Virus record (IMG/VR): IMGVR_UViG_3300017774_004101
Coordinates: 1 to 64,000 of that record
Length of the DNA: 64,000 bases
From: a virus
Lineage: Duplodnaviria; Caudoviricetes
Reading direction: 5' to 3' (one strand)
Under the pieces are notes generated by a model. It searched no databases. It saw nothing but the letters and a program-made list of their open reading frames with translations, and was not told the origin of the DNA. Positions within the stretch are counted from its first letter, which is position 1. The number at the start of each line of letters is the position of its first letter. Below are positions 37,695 through 48,800 of the stretch, piece after piece. Both the position numbers and the translations under genes were made by a program.

Positions 37695-38675
37695 ATGGCA
37701 AAACCAACAGATGATTCGGCAGTATTTTTAGACCAATTGATTGCATCAATTCAAACCCATCTGCCCACTATTCAAGGGATGTATTTAACCACTTCGTTAT
37801 ATCCACCACTATTAACACCTGGGCCGGGTGCAATCCCATTCGTTGGTTATACAATACCACCCGCGGGGAAGGGTACTCCGGCTGGAGGTAGTAATAGTAT
37901 ACCAGCAACACCTGAAGAAAAAGCAGCAGAACAAAAACAAGTTGAAGAAGCTATAAAATTATCACCAGAACAAGAAGCTATAGCAGATGATGCTACTGAA
38001 AAGGGATATGGTATAAACGAATCTACCTCAGCAGGTTTAAGTGGTCAATCACAATCAAGTCCTGCAATTAGAAATAATGATAGTAGTAATGCATCACAAA
38101 ATAGTGAAGATTCCACTGCAGTCCAAGCAACTAATTCCGAAAGAATTGAAGAGTGTGGAAATGTAAAATTAAAAGAACCACCACAAGTTGTGATTGATGC
38201 GATGCGTAAATGGGGTATAACTACTCCATTACAAAAGGCACACTTTTTAGCTCAATGTGCACATGAGAGCGGTAATTTTATTTATACAAAAGAAATATGG
38301 GGGCCATCTGCAACTCAACAAAGGTATGAGGGTAGAAAAGATTTAGGTAACTTACAAGCGGGAGATGGGTTTAGATATGCTGGACGGGGTTATATCCAAC
38401 TTACAGGTCGTGCAAATTATACTCAATTTAGAAAAGGTGTTTCTGATGATGTAGTTGCAAACTCTACATTAGTTGAAAAAAAATATGTTGCAGAAACTGC
38501 GTGTTGGTTTTGGAGAACTCGTAAATTAAATGAAGCAGCAGTAGATGATTCGATGGGAACACTAAAATATATTACAAAACGAATTAATGGGGGGTACAAT
38601 GGATTGGAGGATAGAAAACAAAAATTTTGTGGATATTGGAAAAAATTAAAAGAAAATCCCAATTTGTACTCATAA
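37695..38675 (+). CDS. virion-associated protein with GH19 (lysozyme/chitinase-like) domain
   Basis: AHFLAQCAHESG, GRGYIQLTGRANY, ITKRINGGYNGLEDR. Confidence 0.9.
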   Translation: MAKPTDDSAVFLDQLIASIQTHLPTIQGMYLTTSLYPPLLTPGPGAIPFVGYTIPPAGKGTPAGGSNSIPATPEEKAAEQKQVEEAIKLSPEQEAIADDATEKGYGINESTSAGLSGQSQSSPAIRNNDSSNASQNSEDSTAVQATNSERIEECGNVKLKEPPQVVIDAMRKWGITTPLQKAHFLAQCAHESGNFIYTKEIWGPSATQQRYEGRKDLGNLQAGDGFRYAGRGYIQLTGRANYTQFRKGVSDDVVANSTLVEKKYVAETACWFWRTRKLNEAAVDDSMGTLKYITKRINGGYNGLEDRKQKFCGYWKKLKENPNLYS

Positions 38676-38697
38676 AAATGCAAAATACTCAAAACAT

Positions 38698-38706
38698 ATA
38701 TTTATA
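38698..38706 (+). promoter_or_regulatory. candidate phage late promoter ATATTTATA
   Basis: 23 nt upstream of ATG 38730. Confidence 0.6.
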
Positions 38707-38729
38707 GTAAGTTAACAAATATTTTTAAA

Positions 38730-39362
38730 ATGGATTCTAAAAAATTAGCACAACTAATCAAATTAGTTGTAGAACAAGAAATTAAGAAACAGCTTCCTAA
38801 AATGATTAAAGAGGAAGTTAGTAAGTTATTGAACGAAACTTCTGCTCCAAAACCTAAAAAGGATATTTTGGAAGAAGTTGACCCGTTTGAATTAGCAACT
38901 CTATTATTAGAAAAAGATAGAACAACAACTACTGCTATTAAAGAAGAAGTACGACAAGTTCAACCAACAAAACAATTGAGTAGAAATTCAACTATAAATG
39001 AAATATTAAATCAAACAAAACCATTTACTGCTGCACAAAGAAGTGCAGGACAAGTGGGAGGTGGTTCATCTATTTTAGATAATTACCAAATGGAACAACC
39101 AATAAATGAAGGTTACACAAATTCACACATTCCAAACTATATGGATGCGGAAGCTGATATAGATGAAACAATATCATACGGAGGTGGAGCACAAGGTGGG
39201 ATTGAAACAATGAGAAGTCAAATGGCTTCTAAAATGGGATATGGTGATATGGGAGGAAGTGGTATTAAAAAAGGTGGGTTAGGTGTTACGACTGGATTAG
39301 CAGGATTAGACAGAATTTTAAATAGAGATAATTCGGAATTAGTTAAGAGGTTTAAGAAATAA
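38730..39362 (+). CDS. hypothetical late protein
   Basis: 210 aa; helical N-terminus IKEEVSKLLNE. Confidence 0.75.
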   Translation: MDSKKLAQLIKLVVEQEIKKQLPKMIKEEVSKLLNETSAPKPKKDILEEVDPFELATLLLEKDRTTTTAIKEEVRQVQPTKQLSRNSTINEILNQTKPFTAAQRSAGQVGGGSSILDNYQMEQPINEGYTNSHIPNYMDAEADIDETISYGGGAQGGIETMRSQMASKMGYGDMGGSGIKKGGLGVTTGLAGLDRILNRDNSELVKRFKK

Positions 39363-39363
39363 T

Positions 39364-39795
39364 ATGGCTTATGTACTTGGTAGTAAAATTGTAAAGGATA
39401 CGAAAGAATTTGATTCTTACGCGTACGGGATAACTTTACCTATTAAAAAGGGTAATACTGGTTATTTTGAACAAGCCTTTACATCTTTCGAACAAGCAAA
39501 AGCAAATTTAAAAAATTTACTATTAACGGCAAAAGGTGAAAGAGTAATGCAACCAGAGTTTGGTACGGGATTACAATCACTTTTGTTCGAACCAATGGAT
39601 GATATGTTTGAAGACAAATTACAAGATGTAATTACCCAAACTGTTAGTTATTGGTTACCATATATTAATATTGAACAAATTGATGTAGAAATGACTGATG
39701 CTATGAAAGATAAACACACAGCATATATGACAATTCAGTTTACGGTCGGAAATACAATTGAAACACAAGAAATAACTTTTACAGTTAGGGGATAA
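39364..39795 (+). CDS. baseplate wedge subunit, gp25-like
   Basis: NLKNLLLTAKGERVMQPEFGTGL..LLFEP, WLPYI. Confidence 0.9.
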   Translation: MAYVLGSKIVKDTKEFDSYAYGITLPIKKGNTGYFEQAFTSFEQAKANLKNLLLTAKGERVMQPEFGTGLQSLLFEPMDDMFEDKLQDVITQTVSYWLPYINIEQIDVEMTDAMKDKHTAYMTIQFTVGNTIETQEITFTVRG

Positions 39796-39800
39796 TAATA

Positions 39801-41819
39801 ATGGCATTAAATAGTATAACAAGAAAAAGTAATCAAGGTAGAGATATAAAATATCTTAATAAAGATTTTGCCGGTTTCCGTCAAAATTTAATTGAGTACG
39901 CAAAAACTTATTTCCCACAAACATATTCAGATTTTAATGAAACCTCACCGGGTATGATGTTCATAGAAATGGCATCGTATATTGGTGATGTTTTGGGATA
40001 TTATATAGATGATACATTAAAAGAATCCTTAATGTTATATGCAGAGGATAAAGAAAATGTTATCGCACTTGCACAATATTTAGGATACAAACCAAAAGTA
40101 ACATCACCTGCATTAGTAAGATTGTCAGTTTATCAATTAGTTCCTGCAACCGGTCAAGGACCAAATAATAGACCAGATTCTGATTATTTTCTTAGAGTTA
40201 AAGAGGGAATGGTAGTAGAGGCAAATACAACGGGTACACTATTTAGAACAACTGAATTATTAGATTTTAACGTTGAAGATGAAAGAGAGATTACAATATA
40301 TAGAAAAGATACTAACAACGAACCGACCTTTTATTTAGTTAAAAAGTATGTTAATGCAATATCTGCAGAATTAAAGACAGTAGATGTTTCATTTGGAACT
40401 GCACAAGAATTTTCAAAAATAGATTTGGCAGAAACAAATATAATTCAAATATATGATGTAAGAGATAGTAGTGGAAATAAATGGTATGAAGTTCCCTATC
40501 TTGCACAAGAGATGGTATTTGTTGATTATGCGGTATCAAATCAAACTGATAAGGATTTAGTTCAATTCAAAGATTCAGTTTCAAATATTTTGAAGTTAAT
40601 AAAAACTTCTCGTAGATTTGTAACAAAAGTAAATTCAGATAATACTACAACTATTGTGTTCGGTGGTGGTAATTCTACTTCATCTGATGAAACTCTTATA
40701 CCAAACTTCAAAAATGTAGGATTAGGATTAAATTCATCAATAGATAATTTAGGTGCATCATTTGACCCTGCAAACTTTTTAAAGACAAGAAGTTATGGTC
40801 AAGCACCCGCTAATACTACTATTACAGTTTCGTACTTAGTGGGTGGCGGTATAACTGCAAACACACCAAAAGGTGAAATAAATAGAATAACAAACGTTTC
40901 ATTTGATGAAGATACAATTTCACTTAGTGGAGATGAATTATCAACATACAAAGTAGCTAAGGGTTCAATAGCAGTTGAAAATGAAACAGCAGCAAACGGA
41001 GCAAGAGGTGCAGAAACCATTGATGAAATCAGAGAAAACGCCCTAGCAACATTTGGTTCTCAAAATAGAGCAGTAACTCGTAAAGATTATCAAGTAAGAG
41101 CCCTATCACTTCCTGCAAAGTATGGTGGTATTGCTAAAGCATATTGTGCACCTGATGGGGAATTGGATAACAACTCACCATCGTCTATCCTTGCAAATCC
41201 AGATACTCTAAGTGAATTCACAGGTATTGTAACAAGTTTACAAGGTAAGAGTGAAATGGAAATTAAAGATGCGGTTAACAAATTTTTAGTAGGAAAGAAA
41301 AATAATACAAACGAAAAGAATAATCCATTTGCAATTAACTTATATATTTTAGGATATAATTCTAATAAGAATTTAGTACAAATCGGAACAAATCAAGCAT
41401 TAAAAGAAAATCTTAAAACTTATTTAAATGAATATCGTTTGTTGACAGATGGTGTAAATTTAATGGATGGGTTTATTATAAACATTGGGGTTGATTTTGA
41501 AATTAGAACTTATAGTGGATATAATAAAAGAGAAGTATTAGTAAGGTGTATTGATGAAATTACAAATTATTTTAATATAGATGATTGGACATTTAATATG
41601 GCAATTAACATAAGTGAATTAGAATTATTAATTGCAGGAATAGAAGGAGTTCAATCAGTTCCAAAATGTGAAATAGTAAATAAATGTTTAGGTCAATATT
41701 CAAGTAATTCATATAACATTGCAGAAGCAACAAAAGGTAAAATGGTATACCCATCATTAGACCCATCAATATTTGAAGTTAAGTTTCCAGCAAAAGATAT
41801 TAAAGGGAGGGTTGTTTAA
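39801..41819 (+). CDS. baseplate wedge subunit, T4 gp6-like
   Basis: KDFAGFRQNL, DFNETSPG, FGGG, SYLVGGG..AN, ETIDEIRENA, QNRAVTRKDY. Confidence 0.9.
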   Translation: MALNSITRKSNQGRDIKYLNKDFAGFRQNLIEYAKTYFPQTYSDFNETSPGMMFIEMASYIGDVLGYYIDDTLKESLMLYAEDKENVIALAQYLGYKPKVTSPALVRLSVYQLVPATGQGPNNRPDSDYFLRVKEGMVVEANTTGTLFRTTELLDFNVEDEREITIYRKDTNNEPTFYLVKKYVNAISAELKTVDVSFGTAQEFSKIDLAETNIIQIYDVRDSSGNKWYEVPYLAQEMVFVDYAVSNQTDKDLVQFKDSVSNILKLIKTSRRFVTKVNSDNTTTIVFGGGNSTSSDETLIPNFKNVGLGLNSSIDNLGASFDPANFLKTRSYGQAPANTTITVSYLVGGGITANTPKGEINRITNVSFDEDTISLSGDELSTYKVAKGSIAVENETAANGARGAETIDEIRENALATFGSQNRAVTRKDYQVRALSLPAKYGGIAKAYCAPDGELDNNSPSSILANPDTLSEFTGIVTSLQGKSEMEIKDAVNKFLVGKKNNTNEKNNPFAINLYILGYNSNKNLVQIGTNQALKENLKTYLNEYRLLTDGVNLMDGFIINIGVDFEIRTYSGYNKREVLVRCIDEITNYFNIDDWTFNMAINISELELLIAGIEGVQSVPKCEIVNKCLGQYSSNSYNIAEATKGKMVYPSLDPSIFEVKFPAKDIKGRVV

Positions 41820-42883
41820 TGTATACTTTTTTAACAGCATCAAAAGATGCAACAATCTATAAATTACAACCAACACAAAACACTGGTTTAGATGAGATAT
41901 TAGAAATATCTGCAGTTTATTACGGGAATTCAAAAGATGTTGCCCATACTCTAATAAAGTTTGAAACAACTGCTCTTTCTGCATCTCTTGCTAGTGGTGC
42001 GGTTACTATGAGTTCTGCTGAATTAATTCTTAGAGAATGTGAAGCAAATGAAATACCAATAGATTATGTAATCTATGCAAACCCAATTACACAAAGTTGG
42101 GATATGGGAATCGGCACTCGTTTTGATGATATCTCAACGGATGGTGTTACTTGGAATCATAGAACAACTGGGATAGATTGGATTACAAATGAATTATATA
42201 TTACAGGCAGTGTAACGGGTTCATATAATGGTAAGGGTGGAGTGTGGTGGACTGGTTCGGCAACATCACAATCATTTAGTTATCAAAGTGCAGATATTAA
42301 TATGAATGTAAAAACTATGTTTACTTCGTGGGTATCGGGTTCATTGCCAAATGAGGGTATAATTTTAAGACATTCAAGTGTATTAGAAAACGATGAGGAA
42401 GATTACGGACAATTAAAATTCTTTGCAAAAGAAACAAATACTATATATCAACCAAAAGTTAGAATTGGTTGGAATGACCAATCATTTATAACCGGTTCGT
42501 TAACTCAACTGACTTCTGATGATATTCATGTAACATTTAAAAAATTAAAAACAAAATATAAAGTAGGAAGTACTCCTGAAATTGGAGTTTTTGCTAGAGA
42601 AAAATACCCACTTAAAACTTATTCAAATTCATTTGCATATAACGATATAAAATATTTACCATCTACAACGTATTATCAAATTAAAGATGTGATTACTGAT
42701 GAAATTATTGTTCCATTTAGTGATTATACAAAAGTAAGTTGTAATAGTAATGGAAATTATTTTAAATTAAATTTAACAAATTGGGAAACTAATAGAAGTT
42801 ATTATGTTGAAATAAAAATAGATAGAAGTGGTGTAATAGAATATTTTTCAGATAAAGATTTAACGTTTACAATAGAGAAATAA
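41819..42883 (+). CDS. virion structural protein (DNRLRE-like N-terminus)
   Basis: ASKDATIY...QNTGLDEILE; structural context. Confidence 0.6.
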   Translation: MYTFLTASKDATIYKLQPTQNTGLDEILEISAVYYGNSKDVAHTLIKFETTALSASLASGAVTMSSAELILRECEANEIPIDYVIYANPITQSWDMGIGTRFDDISTDGVTWNHRTTGIDWITNELYITGSVTGSYNGKGGVWWTGSATSQSFSYQSADINMNVKTMFTSWVSGSLPNEGIILRHSSVLENDEEDYGQLKFFAKETNTIYQPKVRIGWNDQSFITGSLTQLTSDDIHVTFKKLKTKYKVGSTPEIGVFAREKYPLKTYSNSFAYNDIKYLPSTTYYQIKDVITDEIIVPFSDYTKVSCNSNGNYFKLNLTNWETNRSYYVEIKIDRSGVIEYFSDKDLTFTIEK

Positions 42884-42886
42884 AAT

Positions 42887-43972
42887 ATGTCATTACAAAA
42901 CGAATTTAGAGTTTCAGAATTAATATCAAGTGGTTCTGCTGTGATTACTTCTCAAGATGAGCAAGGTAATCATACTTTTTATGTCAAACCCACTGCTGAA
43001 GATTTTGATGGTGAAACCTCTGGATATGTTGAAAGACCAAAGTATAACGAAGACCAATTAAAAAAGGCAGTTAATGTAGTTGTTGATGAATTAATAGCAG
43101 CACCTGCAAAACCACAACCAAAAGTTGTTCCTCAAAAAACATACGATAGATTAGAAGTATCATATAATGAATCATTAGGAAAAAATACCGATTTAAGTAA
43201 ACAATTAGGTGATGCCCTAGCAGAGATTGAAACTCTAAATACTGCAAACGAAGCACTTGCTACTCAAATAGATGTAGAAAGATTATTAAGAGCATCGGCA
43301 GAGAACGAATCCGAAATTACAAATAATAAATATGTTTCACTAATTCAAGATTTTCAAAATGCACTTTCAAAAGGTATTAAAGAAGGTATTGAGAGGGTTT
43401 CGTTAGAAGCACAACTTAGAGGATTACAGGCTGAGAAAGAAACATTTAATGAATTACAAAAAAATTTAACATCTCAATTAGAAGCTGCTAATGCAAGGGC
43501 AATAGAATTACAAAATCAAGTTACAAATGCTCAACAATTATTGGCATCAGCTCAAATTGAAGCATCAAAGGCAAATGCAAATGCTGCAATAGCTAACCAA
43601 AATCTTACTGCCGCAACTACAAAAAAGAAAAAGATTATTTGTAACGAATTATATAATCAAGGATTCTTACCTCAACATATTTGGAACGCGGATGAATTAT
43701 ATGGTGAAATGATGTATAAGAAAGACCCATCATTAGTTTTAGGATATATGATGTGGGCTAAGAATGTGGTTAGGTTTATGAAAGCAAAACCACAATATAC
43801 AAAATGGATTTATACAATGGTAAAGCCGTGGACAGAACATATGGCATACGAAGTTGGAATCCTACCTAACGATAATTGGATAGGAAAAATAATTCATAAA
43901 GTTGGTAAACAATATTGTTATTATGTTTACAATAAACAAATGAGTAAAAGAAAAATACTAGCATGGCAATAA
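42887..43972 (+). CDS. coiled-coil virion-module protein with C-terminal KIIC-type domain
   Basis: Long heptad region then KKKKIICNELYNQG...GYMMWAK...W..HMAY. Confidence 0.7.
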   Translation: MSLQNEFRVSELISSGSAVITSQDEQGNHTFYVKPTAEDFDGETSGYVERPKYNEDQLKKAVNVVVDELIAAPAKPQPKVVPQKTYDRLEVSYNESLGKNTDLSKQLGDALAEIETLNTANEALATQIDVERLLRASAENESEITNNKYVSLIQDFQNALSKGIKEGIERVSLEAQLRGLQAEKETFNELQKNLTSQLEAANARAIELQNQVTNAQQLLASAQIEASKANANAAIANQNLTAATTKKKKIICNELYNQGFLPQHIWNADELYGEMMYKKDPSLVLGYMMWAKNVVRFMKAKPQYTKWIYTMVKPWTEHMAYEVGILPNDNWIGKIIHKVGKQYCYYVYNKQMSKRKILAWQ

Positions 43973-45792
43973 ATCAATTCAAAGAAATAGTAGATAAAAA
44001 AGGCTACAAAGTTGATAGTAAAGATAGAGCAATTTTTGAAAAAGAAGTTGCTAAATCTTACTTTGGACTAGGTGATGCAGATACTATTGAATTTATCTTA
44101 TATGATTCAAGTGATAATTTATTACCACAAGGTGAGAATGGAGATTTAGTTAGATATATTTTTTTAGATGATGCAAATATTACAAAATATTTTATTTTTA
44201 GTGAAAATAAATCTAATATAAAAACAAATGGTGCTAGAGAATATATTATTGATACTGAAAAATTAGTAAGAGATTCTGGCTATTCTAATGGTATGTTTAA
44301 AACTCAAACAACTCTATTAAATAGAAGAGTTGGTTCTGAAACAATTGAAAAAGATAAATTATGGATACATGAAATATCACCATCACGAACTGAAATCAGA
44401 GTCTTACCTTTAAAAGATATTAATGAAAATACTATTGAAGATTTAGATATCAGATTAAATGTTCTATTAAAAGATGGTCAATTTAAAGATGATACAATTT
44501 ATTTTGTAGAACCATTTATACAATCATTAAAAGTAGAGAATATTCTGAAATCATTTTTAATGCAAAAGGGAACAATTGCAGAAGGAGAACAATATAGAAA
44601 ATTAATTCAAACCGAATTTAAAATTCAAAATTGGGAAAATTTTATAAATATAATTAGAGAAAAATTAATTGAAACTACTAAACATTTTGTTGGTAATAGA
44701 GATACTAATATAACCTCTCTTAATTATGGAAAACCACTATCTACTCCAAAAGCAGTAGAATTATCAATAGTTAAAATAAAAGAATTTATAATCAGTTCAC
44801 TTATTCAAATTATAAGTTTTTATTTACCTAAACAAGATATACAAGAAGATAATATATTAACGAAAGAAGAACAAATTACATTAGATGCTACGAAGGAGAT
44901 TTTAAAATCAATAATCAGTGCTAATACAAATGAGACCAATGGTATCGGTAATAAACAAGGAGTAGTTAGAGGATGTACTGATAGAAACGCTAAAAACTAT
45001 AACCCATTAGCAACTGAATCAGATGGTTCGTGTCAGTATAACCCACCAATAGATTCAAATCCAATTGAAAAAGTTAAAGGTTGTATGGATTCATCTGCTT
45101 TAAATTATAATAAATTTGCAGTTGAAGATGATGGTTCTTGTAAATACGCAGATGTTACCAGAGCAGTAACAACAACTAAAACATTCTATGTTTGGTCATC
45201 TGAAGGTGGAATCCTATTTACTGATGCGAATGGTAATAAACAAACTAATGTATTTGGTAGAGAATATGAATCATTGACAATTACATACCAAACAATCGAG
45301 TCATTTAGTGGTGATGTAAGAGAAGTACCAAAAATTAGAGAAGTGTTAACAACGGGATTATATAGAGTTTTAAATGATTCATATTATACCTATAATCCAT
45401 ATGGTTATAATGGATATGATTCGTATGGCGGAACGGGATATAATGGATATCAATACTATAATAATAATGGGTATAATTATAATAATGGAACATCTGTTCC
45501 TATATTTTATAAAGATTCATCAGGTGCACCGGCAACAATACATTCATTACTACCTGGCCAATCAGTAGAAATATGTGCGGTTGAAAATACTATATCTGAA
45601 GGTCCGAATATACGAATTACATTGATAGGGCCGTGTGGAGGTGTAACTACACCTACCCCACCAACTACTCCCACAACAGGAGGCGGTGGTGGCAATACAT
45701 TTGGCGGAGGAGCTGGATATATTGGTAACCCAATGGGTGGGGGGTTTGATGGAGGACAATTCGATACACAATCATTACAAAATTTTACATAA
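43963..45792 (+). CDS. virion-module protein with two GC(T/M)D repeats and a Tyr/Gly/Asn-rich region
   Basis: EISPSRTEIR; GCTDRNAKNYNPLATESDGSC, GCMDSSALNYNKFAVEDDGSC. Confidence 0.7.
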   Translation: MAINQFKEIVDKKGYKVDSKDRAIFEKEVAKSYFGLGDADTIEFILYDSSDNLLPQGENGDLVRYIFLDDANITKYFIFSENKSNIKTNGAREYIIDTEKLVRDSGYSNGMFKTQTTLLNRRVGSETIEKDKLWIHEISPSRTEIRVLPLKDINENTIEDLDIRLNVLLKDGQFKDDTIYFVEPFIQSLKVENILKSFLMQKGTIAEGEQYRKLIQTEFKIQNWENFINIIREKLIETTKHFVGNRDTNITSLNYGKPLSTPKAVELSIVKIKEFIISSLIQIISFYLPKQDIQEDNILTKEEQITLDATKEILKSIISANTNETNGIGNKQGVVRGCTDRNAKNYNPLATESDGSCQYNPPIDSNPIEKVKGCMDSSALNYNKFAVEDDGSCKYADVTRAVTTTKTFYVWSSEGGILFTDANGNKQTNVFGREYESLTITYQTIESFSGDVREVPKIREVLTTGLYRVLNDSYYTYNPYGYNGYDSYGGTGYNGYQYYNNNGYNYNNGTSVPIFYKDSSGAPATIHSLLPGQSVEICAVENTISEGPNIRITLIGPCGGVTTPTPPTTPTTGGGGGNTFGGGAGYIGNPMGGGFDGGQFDTQSLQNFT

Positions 45793-45807
45793 GTAATAGA
45801 TAAAAAG

Positions 45808-45816
45808 ATACTTATA
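45808..45816 (+). promoter_or_regulatory. candidate phage late promoter ATACTTATA
   Basis: 20 nt before ATG 45837. Confidence 0.5.
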
Positions 45817-45836
45817 TAAATAAGGGATTAGAATAA

Positions 45837-48800
45837 ATGGCAGAAATGAATAAACAAGAGGGTGGCTATACCCCAAATAATCAAGATGCTGCTTTTGTCA
45901 ATGATTTCGTCAATGATAATAGTGGCGGAGGTGGTGGCGGAGGTGGAGGGGGAAACCCAACCTCACCAATATTTGGTTGTACTGACCCGCGTGCTAGTAA
46001 TTATAACGCATCTGCTACATATAATGATGGTTCGTGTACCTATGCACCAACTAACGTATACAATACACAAAATTTAGTAGTTGAAATAGGAATACAATCT
46101 AATCCACAAGATGGAATAGTATTGGTAGATGGGGTAATACAAAATGTAAAAACAACACCTACTCAATTAAGTTTTAATCAAAAAGAATTACTTACTCCTA
46201 AACAAATAACACTTCAAAAATCAGGATTAGAATCTTCAGATGTTTATAAAGTTTATACTTTAAAAAAAGAAAATAGAAAACAAATCCCGGTAGAAATTCC
46301 ATTTGATGATGTGATTGGTTATACGTTTGAACAAGACCCACAAAATCCAAACGCAGTAATTAGAAAAAGGGAAGAAAGACCAAAGGTATATGAAAGTTTA
46401 GTATACTTTACTTATTATCAATTAGTAGTTGAAAAATTAATTGATGGTAATTTTATTCAACAAAATATATTAGAAGCAAGTACTGAAACTGATGCTGTAT
46501 TAAGTACTACATTAAAATTTGATTTTAAAACATTTCCAGTACCAATTGACCTACTTCCTGAAGCAGTTGCAAGAATACAAATAAATGGTGATGTTTATCA
46601 AAATGATTTAATATCATATCGTGCAACAAATGGTGTAACTGGAAATGTTACATCTGGAAGAACTGAATTTGATTTTTCACCTAGTTCAGGTGGTTATTGT
46701 ATTGATTTTATTTCAAATGGATTATCTGCACAAACACACGCAGTTGTTTATGAAGTAATTACAAAGGGAAATAGTGTTAAGTATGATAGATTAGATTTTA
46801 AATTAGAACCAGGAATTGATAATGTAATAGTTAATATTTCCGTATCTAAAAAATCAAATGATAATATACCCCAAGCAGATGCACCTACATTACGAACCGA
46901 AGGTATATCTTTTGAATTTAATATAGCAGGTGATAATAATTTAAACATACCATATAATAGTGTTAACGCATCGGAGATTATCTATTCATTAGGTTCTACC
47001 CAACGTACCCTATCTCCAAATGGTTCAATTGTTTTATCTAAAAACGATTTTTATAATGGTGTTGGTAACTATGTAGTTTATTTACAACCTCGTTCGGATA
47101 GGGCAGGTAGTGGTCAAACTACAAAGATTACAATTAATGTAGTTAATAAATATTATTTACCAGGACCAGATATTACACATATTAATTATCCGCAGAATAT
47201 TAAAGGTGCGGATTTTAAAGGATTTAATGTTGATTTTGATATTAGTTGGCAATCAATTAATACAAACTACATTGAGATGTATGTCTCAAAGTATGATAAA
47301 CAATATGCAATTGGTAAACTATCACCTGCAGGTTTAATTACATTAAATGTAGAAGAGGTTTTAAAGAAAGCACAAAATCAATTTAATGAAGATACTGATA
47401 AAGTTCAATTTGAAATTTTATTAGTTCCATTTAACGCGGAAGGCGATGAATTAACCGAAGGTAAGATTGAAAGAATTTCCATTTTATTTGATAAGGGAGA
47501 TTTAAAATTACGAAGAGGTAGTGTAATTGCCGATATTAGAAGTGCGTTTGAAATTAACTTAGACCAAAAAATATTAGAAGAAGAAATTTCTAAATTTTTA
47601 ACTCACTATCTACACTTAGGTGATGGTGATAATAAATTAATTGCAACGTGGGGAGTTGATACTGAAACTTTTTCTGAATATAAAACTGATGCAGAAACGG
47701 GAACTCGTACAAAAACTAAAGAACAAAAATCATTAGTTTTAAAGTTGTATGAACCACTTCCTCGTGAGATACAACCTAATCAACAATTATGGATATCTAA
47801 AATTCAATCGATTCCTATAATAGAACAAGTTACTATTATTGATGAATTAAAAAGTGATTGTACACCATTAAAACCAAATTTTAATGTAACAATTGGTGAT
47901 GAAATTGGATATCAAATATTAGATGATTTAATTTCAAGCGGTTCTAATACCTCTACTGATTTAATTAACTCATATGTAAGTTCAAGTGAATTTTCATTGG
48001 AGAATTTAAATATTCAATATGAAAGTGGTTCAACTTATGCGTGGTCTAACTTTGTAAAATACTCATCAGCAGAAGAAAGAGTTAAAAACTTTTTATATAA
48101 AGTAGAATTAATTGAATTTTATGATACTAAAATAAATTTTGTATCAAGTAGTTTATCGTATACATCGGGTTCAGTAACATCATCATTAGAATTACAAAAA
48201 CACGTTCAAAGTAAACACAAAGTTAAAGCCGGATTTGATGGATTTGAAAAATATTTATATACAACATCTGGTTCGGATGGTACATTAACATATCCCGGAG
48301 CAGGTGGTTCTTCAGTAAGTCAATCTACGGATTCTTCGGTTACCAATTGGTATAATGGAATTATAGATGATGCACAACAATATGATTACAACAACAAAAA
48401 TATATTAGTAAATAATATTCCTGCACATATTACAAACGATGCTGAAAATGCTGAGTTTGTTTTATTTTTAAATATGATGGGTCAACACTTTGATACCCTA
48501 TGGTCATATACAAAAGGGATTGCACAATCTAAAAAATTAGAACATAAATACGAAGATGGAATTGGTAACGATTTAATATATCATATGTTAGAATCATTAG
48601 GTTGGAACGCCGATATGGGAGTTCAATCTCAATACCTATGGGAATACGCATTTGGTAAGAATTCAGATGGGTCTTCTTCATCATCAATGAGTGGAAAATC
48701 TCGTCAACATCAAGTATGGAGACGAATACTAAATAACTTACCATATCTATTAAAACATAAGGGTACAAAAAGGGCATTAAGTGCAGCAATGGCTTGTTAT

